A stretch of 62,539 bases of DNA, the filler included, from Gemmatimonadota bacterium (GTDB taxonomy: Bacteria; 4572-55; J002), in the NCBI GenBank assembly GCA_003697105.1. It is 6 parts of 6 records of this genome, joined end to end, with 100 filler letters (N's around TTAATTAATTAA, not from the genome) between each part and the next. Parts side by side here need not be neighbours in the genome. Positions count along the whole stretch, not along the records: positions 1 to 12,001 come from RFFQ01000109.1; positions 12,102 to 20,000 come from RFFQ01000115.1; 4 more parts are not named here. One strand, 5' to 3'. The notes beneath the pieces were generated by a model that saw only the letters and a list, made by a program, of their open reading frames with translations, did not search any database and was not told the origin of the DNA. Shown piece by piece: positions 9,969 to 20,100 of this stretch (the stretch's first letter is position 1; every line of letters begins with the position of its first letter). The translations under genes and the position numbers were made by a program.

Positions 9969-10814
9969 ATGACCCCTACCCCCAAAGTCAGCATTGTCGT
10001 ATTGACATGGAACGATAAAGCCAACGTGTTGGAGTGTCTGGAATCCCTGTCACAGGTGGATTACCCGAACCTAGAGGTGATTGTCTCGGACAATGGCTCT
10101 ACAGATGGGAGCATCGAAGCCATCCGGGCAACGTTTCCAAATGTCATTCTGATCGAAAATGGTGAGAATTTAAAATTTTCACGCGGTAATAATGTCGGCA
10201 TACAGTACGCGCTGGAGCACGGCGCCGATTATGTTCTGTTGCTAAACAATGATACGATTGTCGATCCGCATTTCATCACAGAAATGGTCGAAGTAGGTGA
10301 AACTGACCCGACAATTGGCATGTTAGGACCCAAAATCTACTACCATACCGAACCCAACGTGATCTGGTATGCCGGAGGCGAAATTTCCCTGTGGAAAGGC
10401 TTAGCTTGGCACACCGGCATTCGCGAGCCGGACACCGGGCAGTTTGATGAAATTCGGGACGTCGGTTATATTACTGGGTGTGCCCTGATGGTCAAACGCA
10501 ACGTTATCGAAAAGATCGGAATGCTAGACCCCACTTACGTCGCTTATGCGGAGGATTCCGATTTTTCACTCCGGGCGCACCGAGCCGGTTACCGGCTGGT
10601 TTACGTCCCCTCCGCCAAGCTCTGGCACAAAATCGGTGGAGCATGGGGTACGGTCACCCGACGCAAAATTTGGAATAAATTCAAAAGTCATCTGATTTTG
10701 TTCCGCCGGTATGCCCCTCCGCTAGCGTGGTTTACCACCATCCCGCTCTTTTTCGTTCTGGATGGTTTTCGTATCCTCTTCCTGATTGCGAAGGGAAAAA
10801 TCCGCAACACCTGA
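9969..10814 (+). CDS. GT2 glycosyltransferase (WbbL/rhamnosyltransferase-like subfamily)
   Basis: VLTWN, DNGSTDGS, LLNND, GCAL, EDSDF, WHK. Confidence 0.9.
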   Translation: MTPTPKVSIVVLTWNDKANVLECLESLSQVDYPNLEVIVSDNGSTDGSIEAIRATFPNVILIENGENLKFSRGNNVGIQYALEHGADYVLLLNNDTIVDPHFITEMVEVGETDPTIGMLGPKIYYHTEPNVIWYAGGEISLWKGLAWHTGIREPDTGQFDEIRDVGYITGCALMVKRNVIEKIGMLDPTYVAYAEDSDFSLRAHRAGYRLVYVPSAKLWHKIGGAWGTVTRRKIWNKFKSHLILFRRYAPPLAWFTTIPLFFVLDGFRILFLIAKGKIRNT

Positions 10815-10835
10815 CTAGAAAAAAAGCCATTCATA

Positions 10836-11678
10836 GTGTCACCCAAAATTTACCTGATCATTCTCAACTGGAACGGCAGACACATGTTACCCGAGTGTCT
10901 CCAAACCGTCTTTCAACTGGATTATCCGAATGTTGAGGTGATGATCGTTGATAATGCCTCGACCGATCACTCGCGGCAATATGTAACGGAGCATTTCCCA
11001 CAGGTAATCTGGATTCAAAATCAGGAAAATTTGCGCTTTGCCGAGGGAAACAACGTCGGTATTCGCTATGCTTTAGAACACGGCGCAGACTACATCTTTT
11101 TATTGAACAACGATACCACCATTGCCCCGGAGGCGCTCACGGAATTGGTTCAGGTACTCAAATCAGACCCGACGATTGGCGTGGCAGGTCCCAAAATTTA
11201 CTATGCGGATGAACCCGACCGGCTCTGGTTTGCGGGCGGGCGCACTAATTTAATATGGGGGCATTTTTGGCATCGGGGAATCCGCCAACGGGATCACGGA
11301 CAATTTGACCAGATTGAACCCGTCGATTTTATCACCGGATGTGCCATGCTCGTACGCGCCTCAGTGATTCAAACCGTGGGATTGATGGATCCGCACTATT
11401 TCATCTACGGCGAAGACGTTGACTGGTGCCTGCGGATGCGGCAACACGGTTTCCAGTGTGTGTATGTCCCCTCAGCTACCGTCTGGCATAAAATTTCAGC
11501 CAGTAGCGGTCAGGTTTCGGTATTCAAAATCCAGCACCGGCTGAAAAGTCAGTTTCAACTCCTATGGCGATTTGCCCCTCGCTGGGCACTGTTTACAACA
11601 ATTCCCCTCTTTTTGATTGGAGATAGCTTGCGGATCATCTACCTAATTCTCATCAGAAAAATAAGGAATACCTCATGA
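10836..11678 (+). CDS. GT2 glycosyltransferase, paralog of the preceding gene
   Basis: ILNWNG, DNASTD, LLNND, GCAM, EDVDW; shares NNVGI-YALEHGADY, FTTIPLF and KIRNT with the upstream GT2. Confidence 0.9.
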   Translation: MSPKIYLIILNWNGRHMLPECLQTVFQLDYPNVEVMIVDNASTDHSRQYVTEHFPQVIWIQNQENLRFAEGNNVGIRYALEHGADYIFLLNNDTTIAPEALTELVQVLKSDPTIGVAGPKIYYADEPDRLWFAGGRTNLIWGHFWHRGIRQRDHGQFDQIEPVDFITGCAMLVRASVIQTVGLMDPHYFIYGEDVDWCLRMRQHGFQCVYVPSATVWHKISASSGQVSVFKIQHRLKSQFQLLWRFAPRWALFTTIPLFLIGDSLRIIYLILIRKIRNTS

Positions 11679-12001
11679 AAATTTTATTGATCGGCGCCGA
11701 CGGACAACTCGGTACGGATTTCCGCAAAATTTTAGCAGGTGAACCGGAGGAAGTGATCCCCAGCACCATCGCAGATATGGATATTACCGATATTCGAGCC
11801 GTCCAAAAGCGATTGCAAGCCGTAAAACCGGATGTGGTGATCTCTACCGCCGCAGAAAATCGAGTGGATTATGTGGAAGATCATCCAAAACAGGCATTTG
11901 CGGTCAACGCTTTGGGACCCCGCAATTTAGCCGTTGCATGCCGTAAAATTGGGGCGATATTGGTCTCTTACAGTACAGATTATGTCTTTGATGGGCAAAA
12001 A
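11675..12001 (+). CDS. rfbD: dTDP-4-dehydrorhamnose reductase (truncated by contig end)
   Basis: GADGQLG, AFAVNA, STDYVFDG motifs. Confidence 0.9.
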
Positions 12002-12101
12002 NNNNNNNNNNNNNNNNNNNNNNNNNNNNNNNNNNNNNNNNNNNNTTAATTAATTAANNNNNNNNNNNNNNNNNNNNNNNNNNNNNNNNNNNNNNNNNNN
12101 N
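12002..12101. other. Artificial contig spacer
   Basis: N-run + TTAATTAATTAA (six-frame stop) + N-run, 100 nt. Confidence 0.99.
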
Positions 12102-12242
12102 ATTTTAACCGGTTATACATATTCTGAAATCGCTACCGTCGTCTAAAAAATGAAGCGGAATCAAGGGGTTTTTTGATTTCCATTTTATTTGGAAATCTCT
12201 TTGGCGGTTCTGGATGTCAACATGTTTTCCCATCAAGAATAT

Positions 12243-12308
12243 TTTTTTATCCGCCAGATATTTCAGGCGGATAGAAAAACACCCGCCACAAACCGGCGGG
12301 TGTTTTTT
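12243..12308 (-). terminator. Two tandem intrinsic terminator hairpins downstream of the M16 peptidase
   Basis: TATCCGCC…GGCGGATA and AAAAACACCCGCC…GGCGGGTGTTTTT, flanked by A/T tracts. Confidence 0.8.
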
Positions 12309-12332
12309 GCACCTTACTTTAATGACAGCATA

Positions 12333-15161
12333 TTACTCTTCGGATTTTGCGGTGGTCTTTTTTTCGGGGTAGAGTACTACTTGCACAAATTCATCGGGAT
12401 TGAAGTATCGCCGGGCGTATTCCATAATTTTATCATTATTAAACGAGGAAATCCACTGTTCTAAATTCAAAATTTCCCGCGGATCTTCACCGTACTTGTC
12501 GTAGAATTCCAGATTGGAGAGCCAGAAATTGTTTTCCTGCAGTTGTGTCTCGCGTTCCCGGCGTTGCATCTCCTGCACTTTTTCCACGTAAATATCGCTT
12601 AACCCCTGCATTTTCAAGGAGTCGATTTGGGTCATTACGGCGGAAGTGAGTTCATCGACCCGGTCTGGAGCACAGCCAAAACCGATGCCCAGCATGTAAC
12701 GCGGTTGGGGGTCCCGTTGAGGGGATGCCCACACCCCGACACCGTAAACACCACCCATATCTTCGCGCAAAATTTCGCGTAATTTAATGCGAAAGGCTCG
12801 TACCATTGATTGGAGATAATACCGGTTTTCGCGGTTCCAGTCAAAATCACCGTGGAACATCATCCGCACCATGCTTTGCGGTTCAAGCCCTTTATAAACC
12901 GCTTTTTTCACCACGCCGTCCGGAGGATTCATCCCGACATCATGCCACGTTTCCCCCCGGTGCTGGGCGGGAAGGCTGCCGAGGTAGGTCTCGACCAGTG
13001 GTTTCATCGTCTCTAGCTCAAAATTTCCGACGAAAAGGAATGTAAAATCGCTGGCATCACCAAACCGGTCCTTAAAAATTTGGTACACCCGGTCTAGCTT
13101 GACCTGATCCAGTGTTTCCACCGTCATTGGGTACGAGCGGGGATGATAATTCCCCATGGTGGTTCGCACCGTATCCATATAAACCGCTCGTGGATTCGCT
13201 GTCCGGTTTTCCAATTGCGTTTTTTGCCGTGCTACATACGCCGCAAATGCCGTTTCATCCTGACGGGGTGCGGTGAAGTAGAGATACACCAATTGAAATA
13301 AGGTCTCCAAGTCCTGCGGAGAGGCTCTGCCGGTAAAGCCTTCCTCCAATTCGCCAATTTGTGGGGAAACTTGCACTACTTTATCTGCCAGTAGCTTATC
13401 TAATTCGATCCGGTTGAATGCGCCTACACCGCTTTGGGTCATCACGTCATCTGCCACTACCGCCGACCAATAATCCGCATCATCCACCACAGAGTGCCCG
13501 CCGGGGCTATACGCACTGAATAAAATTTCATCATTTTTAAAATCTGTTGGTTTGAGGATGATCCGTGCCCCATTATCCAACTGCCAAACGGTTACATCCA
13601 ATTCATCGATACGGGTTTCACTACTAATTTTGCCCGGTGTTGGGGATTCTGCCACCAGCGGCTGATCCGAGACGTTATCTTCGTAAGGCTCAACCGTCTT
13701 TTGTGCCACGTGATCGAAAACAGCTTTTAGTTGGTCTTCTGTTGCCAGCGGTTCATCTCTCTCAGGACCATCAACGGCAATAACCCGATTTTCATCGGTG
13801 ATGTACTCTTTCACCAACGCATTTATATCTGCTAAATCAATGGTATCGAGATATTTTTGCGCTAATTTATATTCATCCGCAATATGGAGAGGGATAAAAC
13901 CTCGTAAAAAATGACGTTGTACGTCCCAGATCAAGCGACGCGATTCGGTTTTGTCTTTTTCTGCCAATTTTTGCTCCAATTCTCGCATCAATTGGGCTTT
14001 CTGCCGTTGGAGTTCGGATTCTGTAAAACCGTGTTCTTGTACCCGCCGGGCTTCGGTCAACAGTGCTTCCAACCCTTTTTCGACGCCATCTTGATCGACT
14101 TGCGCCCCCAGCATGTAGATGTTCGTGCCGCGAATCCACCACATCGAATAGGAATATGCTGCGATAAATGGAGGTTCTGCTTGTTGGGTCAATTCATACA
14201 ATCGTTGGTTAAGCATTCCGTTGTAGAGTTCTTCCATCAAGCTCCGCCGGTAATCCCCTTCCGTTTGGAAGGTATTGGGTTTGTGCTTGAAGTAAACACT
14301 GACGCTGGTACGGGTTGCTTCCGGGTCGGTAGCAATGGTATAGAGGGTTTCCTTATGTCCGGGCACATCGTATTCCACCCGTTCGCGTGGCTCAGCCACT
14401 GCCGGAATGGAATCAAAATAGCGGTGAATCAGGTTCTCGAATTGATCGACATCAATATCACCTACTGCCACCACCGCCATTAAGTCGGTGCGGTACCAAT
14501 CCCGGTAAAACCGGCGCAAGACATCATGTTCAAATGTTTCGATGATCTCTTTTTTACCGATAGGCAACCGCTGGGCATACTTGGAATCTTTGAAAATAAC
14601 GGGATATTGCTGGTCCCGCATCCGGGCATCTGCCCCTCGTCCCAATCGCCATTCTTCGATTACCACTCCGCGTTCTTTATCGATTTCTTCATCTTCCATT
14701 GTGATGTAATGGGACCAATCCGCCAAAATCTGAAAAGCGGTTTCAATGATCGTCAGGCTATCGGTTGGAATTTGGAGCATATAAACGGTTTCATCAAAAC
14801 TGGTATAGGCATTCAGATCGGGTCCAAAACGCATCCCGATAGCTTCCAGATAATCCACCAGTTCGTGTTTTTCAAAGTGTTGGGTGCCGTTAAACGCCAT
14901 GTGCTCCAGCAGGTGTGCTAACCCTTGCTGGTCATCATCTTCTAGCACGGAACCGGCATTGACAACCAACCGCAAATCTGCTCGATTTTCCGGTTTCGCA
15001 TTATGCTGGAGGTAATATGTCAATCCGTTCTCTAACTGACCCGTCCGAATATCAGGATTCATGGGAAGCGGTTGGTCCAAGTCAGGTAAATCCACTCCGA
15101 AACTCACCTGTGCCATCAGTAATAAGATGACCGCAACGGTCTGTGAAATACGATTAACCAT
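12333..15161 (-). CDS. M16 family zinc protease (PqqL-like), secreted
   Basis: GLAHLLEHMAFNG (HxxEH), NAYTSFDETVY, second-half LRE; likely start MVNRISQ with signal peptide. Confidence 0.94.
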   Translation of the reverse strand: MVNRISQTVAVILLLMAQVSFGVDLPDLDQPLPMNPDIRTGQLENGLTYYLQHNAKPENRADLRLVVNAGSVLEDDDQQGLAHLLEHMAFNGTQHFEKHELVDYLEAIGMRFGPDLNAYTSFDETVYMLQIPTDSLTIIETAFQILADWSHYITMEDEEIDKERGVVIEEWRLGRGADARMRDQQYPVIFKDSKYAQRLPIGKKEIIETFEHDVLRRFYRDWYRTDLMAVVAVGDIDVDQFENLIHRYFDSIPAVAEPRERVEYDVPGHKETLYTIATDPEATRTSVSVYFKHKPNTFQTEGDYRRSLMEELYNGMLNQRLYELTQQAEPPFIAAYSYSMWWIRGTNIYMLGAQVDQDGVEKGLEALLTEARRVQEHGFTESELQRQKAQLMRELEQKLAEKDKTESRRLIWDVQRHFLRGFIPLHIADEYKLAQKYLDTIDLADINALVKEYITDENRVIAVDGPERDEPLATEDQLKAVFDHVAQKTVEPYEDNVSDQPLVAESPTPGKISSETRIDELDVTVWQLDNGARIILKPTDFKNDEILFSAYSPGGHSVVDDADYWSAVVADDVMTQSGVGAFNRIELDKLLADKVVQVSPQIGELEEGFTGRASPQDLETLFQLVYLYFTAPRQDETAFAAYVARQKTQLENRTANPRAVYMDTVRTTMGNYHPRSYPMTVETLDQVKLDRVYQIFKDRFGDASDFTFLFVGNFELETMKPLVETYLGSLPAQHRGETWHDVGMNPPDGVVKKAVYKGLEPQSMVRMMFHGDFDWNRENRYYLQSMVRAFRIKLREILREDMGGVYGVGVWASPQRDPQPRYMLGIGFGCAPDRVDELTSAVMTQIDSLKMQGLSDIYVEKVQEMQRRERETQLQENNFWLSNLEFYDKYGEDPREILNLEQWISSFNNDKIMEYARRYFNPDEFVQVVLYPEKKTTAKSEE

Positions 15162-15256
15162 AGATGATGAAACTCCTCTTACTGAAAAGTGATATAATAT
15201 TAGGGGGTACGAGGTTGAGACCCCAGTTTCGTTTACCTTCGACACCTAAATTGGTG

Positions 15257-16114
15257 TTAATATACTTCAGGGACAAACGTTTGATCGCTCAACGGTGGGC
15301 GAACATATCCCGTATTATCTTGACGTGGGGGAAGCTCAATAGGCTCGGGCGTTAAATCTTCGTAGGGGATGAGACGAAGCAAATGATGAATGCAATTTAA
15401 CCGGGCGCGTTTTTTATCATCCGCATTGACCACATACCACGGTGCTTGCTTGATATCCGTATAATTAAACATATCGTCCTTTGCTTTGGAATATTCGACC
15501 CATTTTGTTCGTGCCTGTAAGTCCATTGGGCTGAGTTTCCAGCGTTTGGTGGGGTCGTCAATACGGGCTTGAAACCGCCGTTCTTGTTCTTCGTCACTGA
15601 CCGAAAACCAATATTTAATCAAAATAATCCCGGAACGTACCAGCATCCGTTCAAATTCTGGGCAGCTTCGGAAATATTCCTGCACTTGTTGTTCGGTACA
15701 AAAGCCCATCACCCGTTCCACACCGGGTCGATTGTACCAACTGCGGTCAAACAGCACCATCTCACCGGCTGCGGGCAGATGGGGCACATAGCGTTGAAAA
15801 TACCATTGCGATTTTTCGCGTTCAGTGGGTACACCCAATGCCACGACTCGGCAAATACGAGGGTTCAAACACTGGGTAATCCGTTTGATGACGCCTCCTT
15901 TACCGGCAGCATCGCGTCCTTCAAAAATAACAACCACTTTCAGACCCTTGTATTTGATCCACTCTTGCAATTTGACCAGTTCGATCTGCAACTTGCGTAG
16001 TTCGCGCTCGTAAAATTTGCGCTTGAGCTTGGGTTTTTTCTGCCGTACATCTTCGGATAGGGGTGCCTCCGTTAAGTTCGTGACCCGATAGCTCGCTTTT
16101 TTCTTTTTACCCAT
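15257..16114 (-). CDS. ppk2: Polyphosphate kinase 2
   Basis: FEGRDAAGKGG, FDRSWYNR, WKLSPMD, DDKKRARLN. Confidence 0.97.
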   Translation of the reverse strand: MGKKKKASYRVTNLTEAPLSEDVRQKKPKLKRKFYERELRKLQIELVKLQEWIKYKGLKVVVIFEGRDAAGKGGVIKRITQCLNPRICRVVALGVPTEREKSQWYFQRYVPHLPAAGEMVLFDRSWYNRPGVERVMGFCTEQQVQEYFRSCPEFERMLVRSGIILIKYWFSVSDEEQERRFQARIDDPTKRWKLSPMDLQARTKWVEYSKAKDDMFNYTDIKQAPWYVVNADDKKRARLNCIHHLLRLIPYEDLTPEPIELPPRQDNTGYVRPPLSDQTFVPEVY

Positions 16115-16237
16115 GTTTCACACTCCTTATTAAACGAATGGATTATGTTTCGCATTGTTGGCAGCACCCATCAAACAATCCGGCTCCATCATAACCGAAC
16201 GTTACAAACGTGTCAACCTTGAAACTATCCGTCTCCG

Positions 16238-17449
16238 TTAGTAGTCCAAACCAAACGCCTCGTGCAACACCCTAACCGCCTGACCCGCATTGGCTTTGGG
16301 GATAATACAACTGATGGTGATATGGGATGAACTGATCAGATCGAGGGGAATACCGGCGTTGGAAATGGCGGCAAACATGCGTCCGGCAACACCGTACTGG
16401 GAGGACATCTCTGCCCCCACAATAGAAACTATTGCCACATCATTTTGGATGCTATATGCCCCTTGGTGCAATTCGTGGGTCAGTGCTTGCAGAACCGGCG
16501 TCACAATATCCAAATCCGCCAAATTGACGGCAAATGCCACCTCTACGCGCTCTCCGGCAATCCGGTTTTGAGTCGCCAACCGCACTCGCACCTCTGCTTT
16601 GCCTAACCGCTCAAAGACATTTGCCGCTAGGGTGTTTTCTTCTGCCGCGGCCGAGACGATCACTTTGGCGCAATCGGTGTTACACGTAATACCGCGCACC
16701 GGACGTCCTTCAATCTGAAGTTTACCGCCCATGATGGTGCCCGGTTTCTGATGAAAACTGGAGCGAATGTGGACGCGGATATTGTGCTGACGGGCAAATT
16801 CCACTGCTGCCGGATGGAGCGCTTTCATGCCTAAGTTGCTGAGTTCTAGCATTTCGTCATAGGTGATATAGGGGATTTTGCGGGCATCGGCTACTACATT
16901 CGGATCGGCGGTGAAGACACCATCTACATCCTTCAGAATTTCGCATTCATCCGCCTGAAGATATGTTGCCAATGCCAACGCGGTAATATCCGATCCGCCC
17001 CGCCCGAGCGTGGTGATCTCCTTTTCTTCGCTCACCCCTTGAAACCCGGCGACAATGACAATCTTACCCTGTTGGAGGGCTTCTTCAATCCGAAACGCCT
17101 TTACATCCTTGATCTTTGCCCGGGTGTGGCGGGTATCCGTGATAATCCCACTTTGTGAGCCGGTGAACGAGATCGCTTCATACCCCAGATCATAAATCGC
17201 CATTGCCAACAGCGACATGGAAATCCGCTCACCCACGCTTAACAACATATCGAGTTCGCGCTCACGCGGGTGCGGTGAGACCTCATACGCCATTTTCATC
17301 AACTGATCGGTGGTTTTACCCATTGCCGAGACCACGACAATCATCTCGTGACCCTGCTCTTTCAGCCCCACAATGCGAGCGGCGGCGGCTTTGATCAGTT
17401 CGGGCGTGGCAACCGAAGTACCCCCATATTTTTGGACAATACGCGCCAT
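16238..17449 (-). CDS. lysC: Aspartate kinase with two ACT domains
   Basis: [33 protein letters not shown]; start at MARIVQK. Confidence 0.94.
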   Translation of the reverse strand: MARIVQKYGGTSVATPELIKAAAARIVGLKEQGHEMIVVVSAMGKTTDQLMKMAYEVSPHPRERELDMLLSVGERISMSLLAMAIYDLGYEAISFTGSQSGIITDTRHTRAKIKDVKAFRIEEALQQGKIVIVAGFQGVSEEKEITTLGRGGSDITALALATYLQADECEILKDVDGVFTADPNVVADARKIPYITYDEMLELSNLGMKALHPAAVEFARQHNIRVHIRSSFHQKPGTIMGGKLQIEGRPVRGITCNTDCAKVIVSAAAEENTLAANVFERLGKAEVRVRLATQNRIAGERVEVAFAVNLADLDIVTPVLQALTHELHQGAYSIQNDVAIVSIVGAEMSSQYGVAGRMFAAISNAGIPLDLISSSHITISCIIPKANAGQAVRVLHEAFGLDY

Positions 17450-17583
17450 AATCGAGGATGCGTCTGGAAAAAATAGGTGAAATAGGTCTTGAGAATGCCC
17501 CAATATACGCCGCTATCCGCCAGAGATCAACGGTAAATACAACGAGGCTCTAATTAAAATAAAAATAGTTATATCTTTTTTTA

Positions 17584-17612
17584 TTGACATCCGCACCGGT
17601 GCTTGTTACCAT
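17584..17612 (+). promoter_or_regulatory. Sigma70-type promoter for the oxidoreductase alpha gene
   Basis: TTGACA-17 nt-TACCAT with TGn extension. Confidence 0.65.
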
Positions 17613-17662
17613 ACGCCTCAAAACAATCTGTTCCCTTAACGCTCCAAACGAGAACTCGAGTG

Positions 17663-19540
17663 ATGCAGACAAACAACGGTAACCCCCGTATTGTAGAAGA
17701 AGCCACCATCCTGTTTGCCGGTGATTCTGGCGATGGCATGCAACTGACCGGCACCCAATTTACAAACACCGCCGCCATGATGGGTAACGATGTTGCCACG
17801 TTGCCCAACTATCCGGCAGAAATCCGTTCGCCCGCCGGCACGCTCTATGGTGTGTCTAGCTTTCAAGTTCATTTTGGCAGTGTAGATGTTCACACGCCCG
17901 GCGATGAGTGTGATATGCTCGTGGCGATGAATCCGGCAGCGTTAAAGGTCAGCCTCCACCAGCTAAAGTATGGCGGCATCATTTTGGTGAATGAAGACCA
18001 ATTCACAGAGAAGAACCTGCGTTTAGCAGAATACGACGAGAATCCTTTAGATAATGATACCCTAGACCGGTATCAAGTGTATCGGGTGGAAATTTCCAAA
18101 TTAACCGCTCTGGCGCTAGAAGATTCGGGGTTGTCGCCCAAAGAGATCGAACGGTGTAAAAATTTCTTTGCGCTTGGTATCACTTACTTTCTGTACAATC
18201 GGGATGTGGCGCCGACGATCCGGTGGATTGGCCAAAAATTCAAGTCGCGCCCGGAATTGGCGAATGCCAACAAGACCGCCTTGCAAGCGGGTTATAATTT
18301 TGCCTATACCGCCGAGTTTTTTACCTCGCGTTATACCGTAGAAAAAGCGCAGTTGGCACCGGGCAAATACCGTAATATCAGCGGCACCCAAGCTTTAGCT
18401 TACGGTTTAGTTGCCGCCGCCGAACGTGCCCAAACCCCGCTTTTTTATGGCGGATACCCGATTACACCGGCATCAGACCTACTGCATTATCTTTCCACTT
18501 TAAAACATTTTGGAGTGAAAACCTTTCAAGCAGAGGATGAAATCGCAGCAATCGGGAGCGCTATCGGAGCATCATATGCAGGAAATATCGCCGTGACGGG
18601 TACTTCCGGGGCAGGGGTTTCGCTCAAAACAGAAGCTATCGGTCTGGCGGTGATGGCAGAACTGCCGCTAGTCATTGTCAATATTCAACGGGGAGGTCCC
18701 TCGACCGGTTTGCCGACCAAAACGGAACAATCCGACCTTTACCAAGCTATGTTCGGACGGCATGGGGAAGCGCCACTGATCGTGCTGGCGGCAAAAACAC
18801 CGGCTAATTGTTTTGAGATGGCGTTTGAAGCCGTCCGGCTTGCCCAACAGCACATGACACCGGTGATACTCCTCTCCGATGGGTATCTGGGTAATGGCTC
18901 CGAACCGTGGCGATTGCCTGATGTGGACCGTCTTCCACCGATCAACATAACCTTTGCGGAAAACCCAGAAACGTACCAACCTTACCAACGGGATGAAAAT
19001 TTGGTGCGGCTACGCGCGATTCCGGGTATGCCCGGCTTTGAACACCGCATCGGCGGTTTGGAAAAAGAGAATATCAGCGGTAATGTCAGCTACGATCCGG
19101 CAAATCATGAACTGATGACGAAACTTCGGCAGGAAAAAGTAGATCGCGTGGCAGAGAACATCCCGGATCTGGGGGTCGAAGGTGACCCCGACGCTGAACT
19201 GCTGATCCTAGGCTGGGGATCAACTTATGGCTCAATTAAAAAGGCGGTGGAAAATTTGTTAGCTGGTGGGATTCGGGTGGCACACGCACATTTGACGTAT
19301 CTGAATCCGTTTCCGAAAAACACGGAAGCCGTATTGCGATCCTACAAAACAATTTTAGTTCCGGAGATCAACAACGGGCAATTAGTGAACATCATCCGCG
19401 CCAAATATCTGCTCCCCGCAATTCCGTTCAATATCATTCAGGGTCGCCCCTTTAAAGCGGTGGAAATTGAAGAAAAAGTGAAAGAATTGTTGAACTCCAA
19501 AAACGAATACAGCCCCAACGGCTCAACAACACAAAGATGA
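17663..19540 (+). CDS. korA: 2-oxoacid:ferredoxin oxidoreductase alpha subunit (gamma-alpha fusion, KorA-like)
   Basis: AGDSGDGMQLTG, YPAEIR, YPITPAS, QAEDEIAA, QRGGPSTGLPTK. Confidence 0.92.
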   Translation: MQTNNGNPRIVEEATILFAGDSGDGMQLTGTQFTNTAAMMGNDVATLPNYPAEIRSPAGTLYGVSSFQVHFGSVDVHTPGDECDMLVAMNPAALKVSLHQLKYGGIILVNEDQFTEKNLRLAEYDENPLDNDTLDRYQVYRVEISKLTALALEDSGLSPKEIERCKNFFALGITYFLYNRDVAPTIRWIGQKFKSRPELANANKTALQAGYNFAYTAEFFTSRYTVEKAQLAPGKYRNISGTQALAYGLVAAAERAQTPLFYGGYPITPASDLLHYLSTLKHFGVKTFQAEDEIAAIGSAIGASYAGNIAVTGTSGAGVSLKTEAIGLAVMAELPLVIVNIQRGGPSTGLPTKTEQSDLYQAMFGRHGEAPLIVLAAKTPANCFEMAFEAVRLAQQHMTPVILLSDGYLGNGSEPWRLPDVDRLPPINITFAENPETYQPYQRDENLVRLRAIPGMPGFEHRIGGLEKENISGNVSYDPANHELMTKLRQEKVDRVAENIPDLGVEGDPDAELLILGWGSTYGSIKKAVENLLAGGIRVAHAHLTYLNPFPKNTEAVLRSYKTILVPEINNGQLVNIIRAKYLLPAIPFNIIQGRPFKAVEIEEKVKELLNSKNEYSPNGSTTQR

Positions 19541-19753
19541 TAGGAAAAAGAACAAGATTCCGCCCCTTATCATCTGCGGATTAAAAGCGGTGGTGGAAAT
19601 GAAATCGCTTTGGAAAGCTCGATGGATGAGCCGCCCCAAACTAGTAAACTTCCGCTTCGGTTTTTTGATCCATTTTAATATCCCATTGGTAAAAATGGTA
19701 CTAACCGGATAATCATTTGAGTGAGACCGCGCACAAGAAAGCTGTTGTTTTCT

Positions 19754-19853
19754 TAGGTTCTGTTGACATTTCGTAATTTGTTTATGACATATTGTTTCTT
19801 TGAAAGGAGAAACGCCCTATGTCATCAAAATTACGAAATGTCAACAGAACCTA
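19754..19853. mobile_element. ~100-bp MITE-like element with 26-bp perfect inverted ends
   Basis: 19754-19779 TAGGTTCTGTTGACATTTCGTAATTT is the exact reverse complement of 19828-19853; outer TA may be a target duplication. Confidence 0.75.
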
Positions 19854-20000
19854 GGACTACATATAGATATTGATGATAGTAAAAATATAATAAGACTCTT
19901 GTCTTCTGACCACAAATTATTAGCTGAATGGGATGTTTACGTTATAGTCGGAGTTTTTTCTTCAAAATTAAGTCGATTATTATTTGTTCTAGCTGATAGG
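19852..20000 (+). pseudogene. AT-rich fragment resembling an MvaI/BcnI-family restriction endonuclease
   Basis: GLHIDID…LLAEWDVYVIVGVFSSKLSRLLFVLAD resembles this family from memory; no 5' half upstream; cut by contig end. Confidence 0.4.
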
Positions 20001-20100
20001 NNNNNNNNNNNNNNNNNNNNNNNNNNNNNNNNNNNNNNNNNNNNTTAATTAATTAANNNNNNNNNNNNNNNNNNNNNNNNNNNNNNNNNNNNNNNNNNNN
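20001..20100. other. Artificial contig spacer
   Basis: N-run + TTAATTAATTAA + N-run. Confidence 0.99.

Noticed and set aside
12102-12168. Possible IS end at contig start (…GCGGAATCAAGG); likewise 46210-46277
   Set aside because: Too short to support, with no partner end or recognisable transposase peptide.
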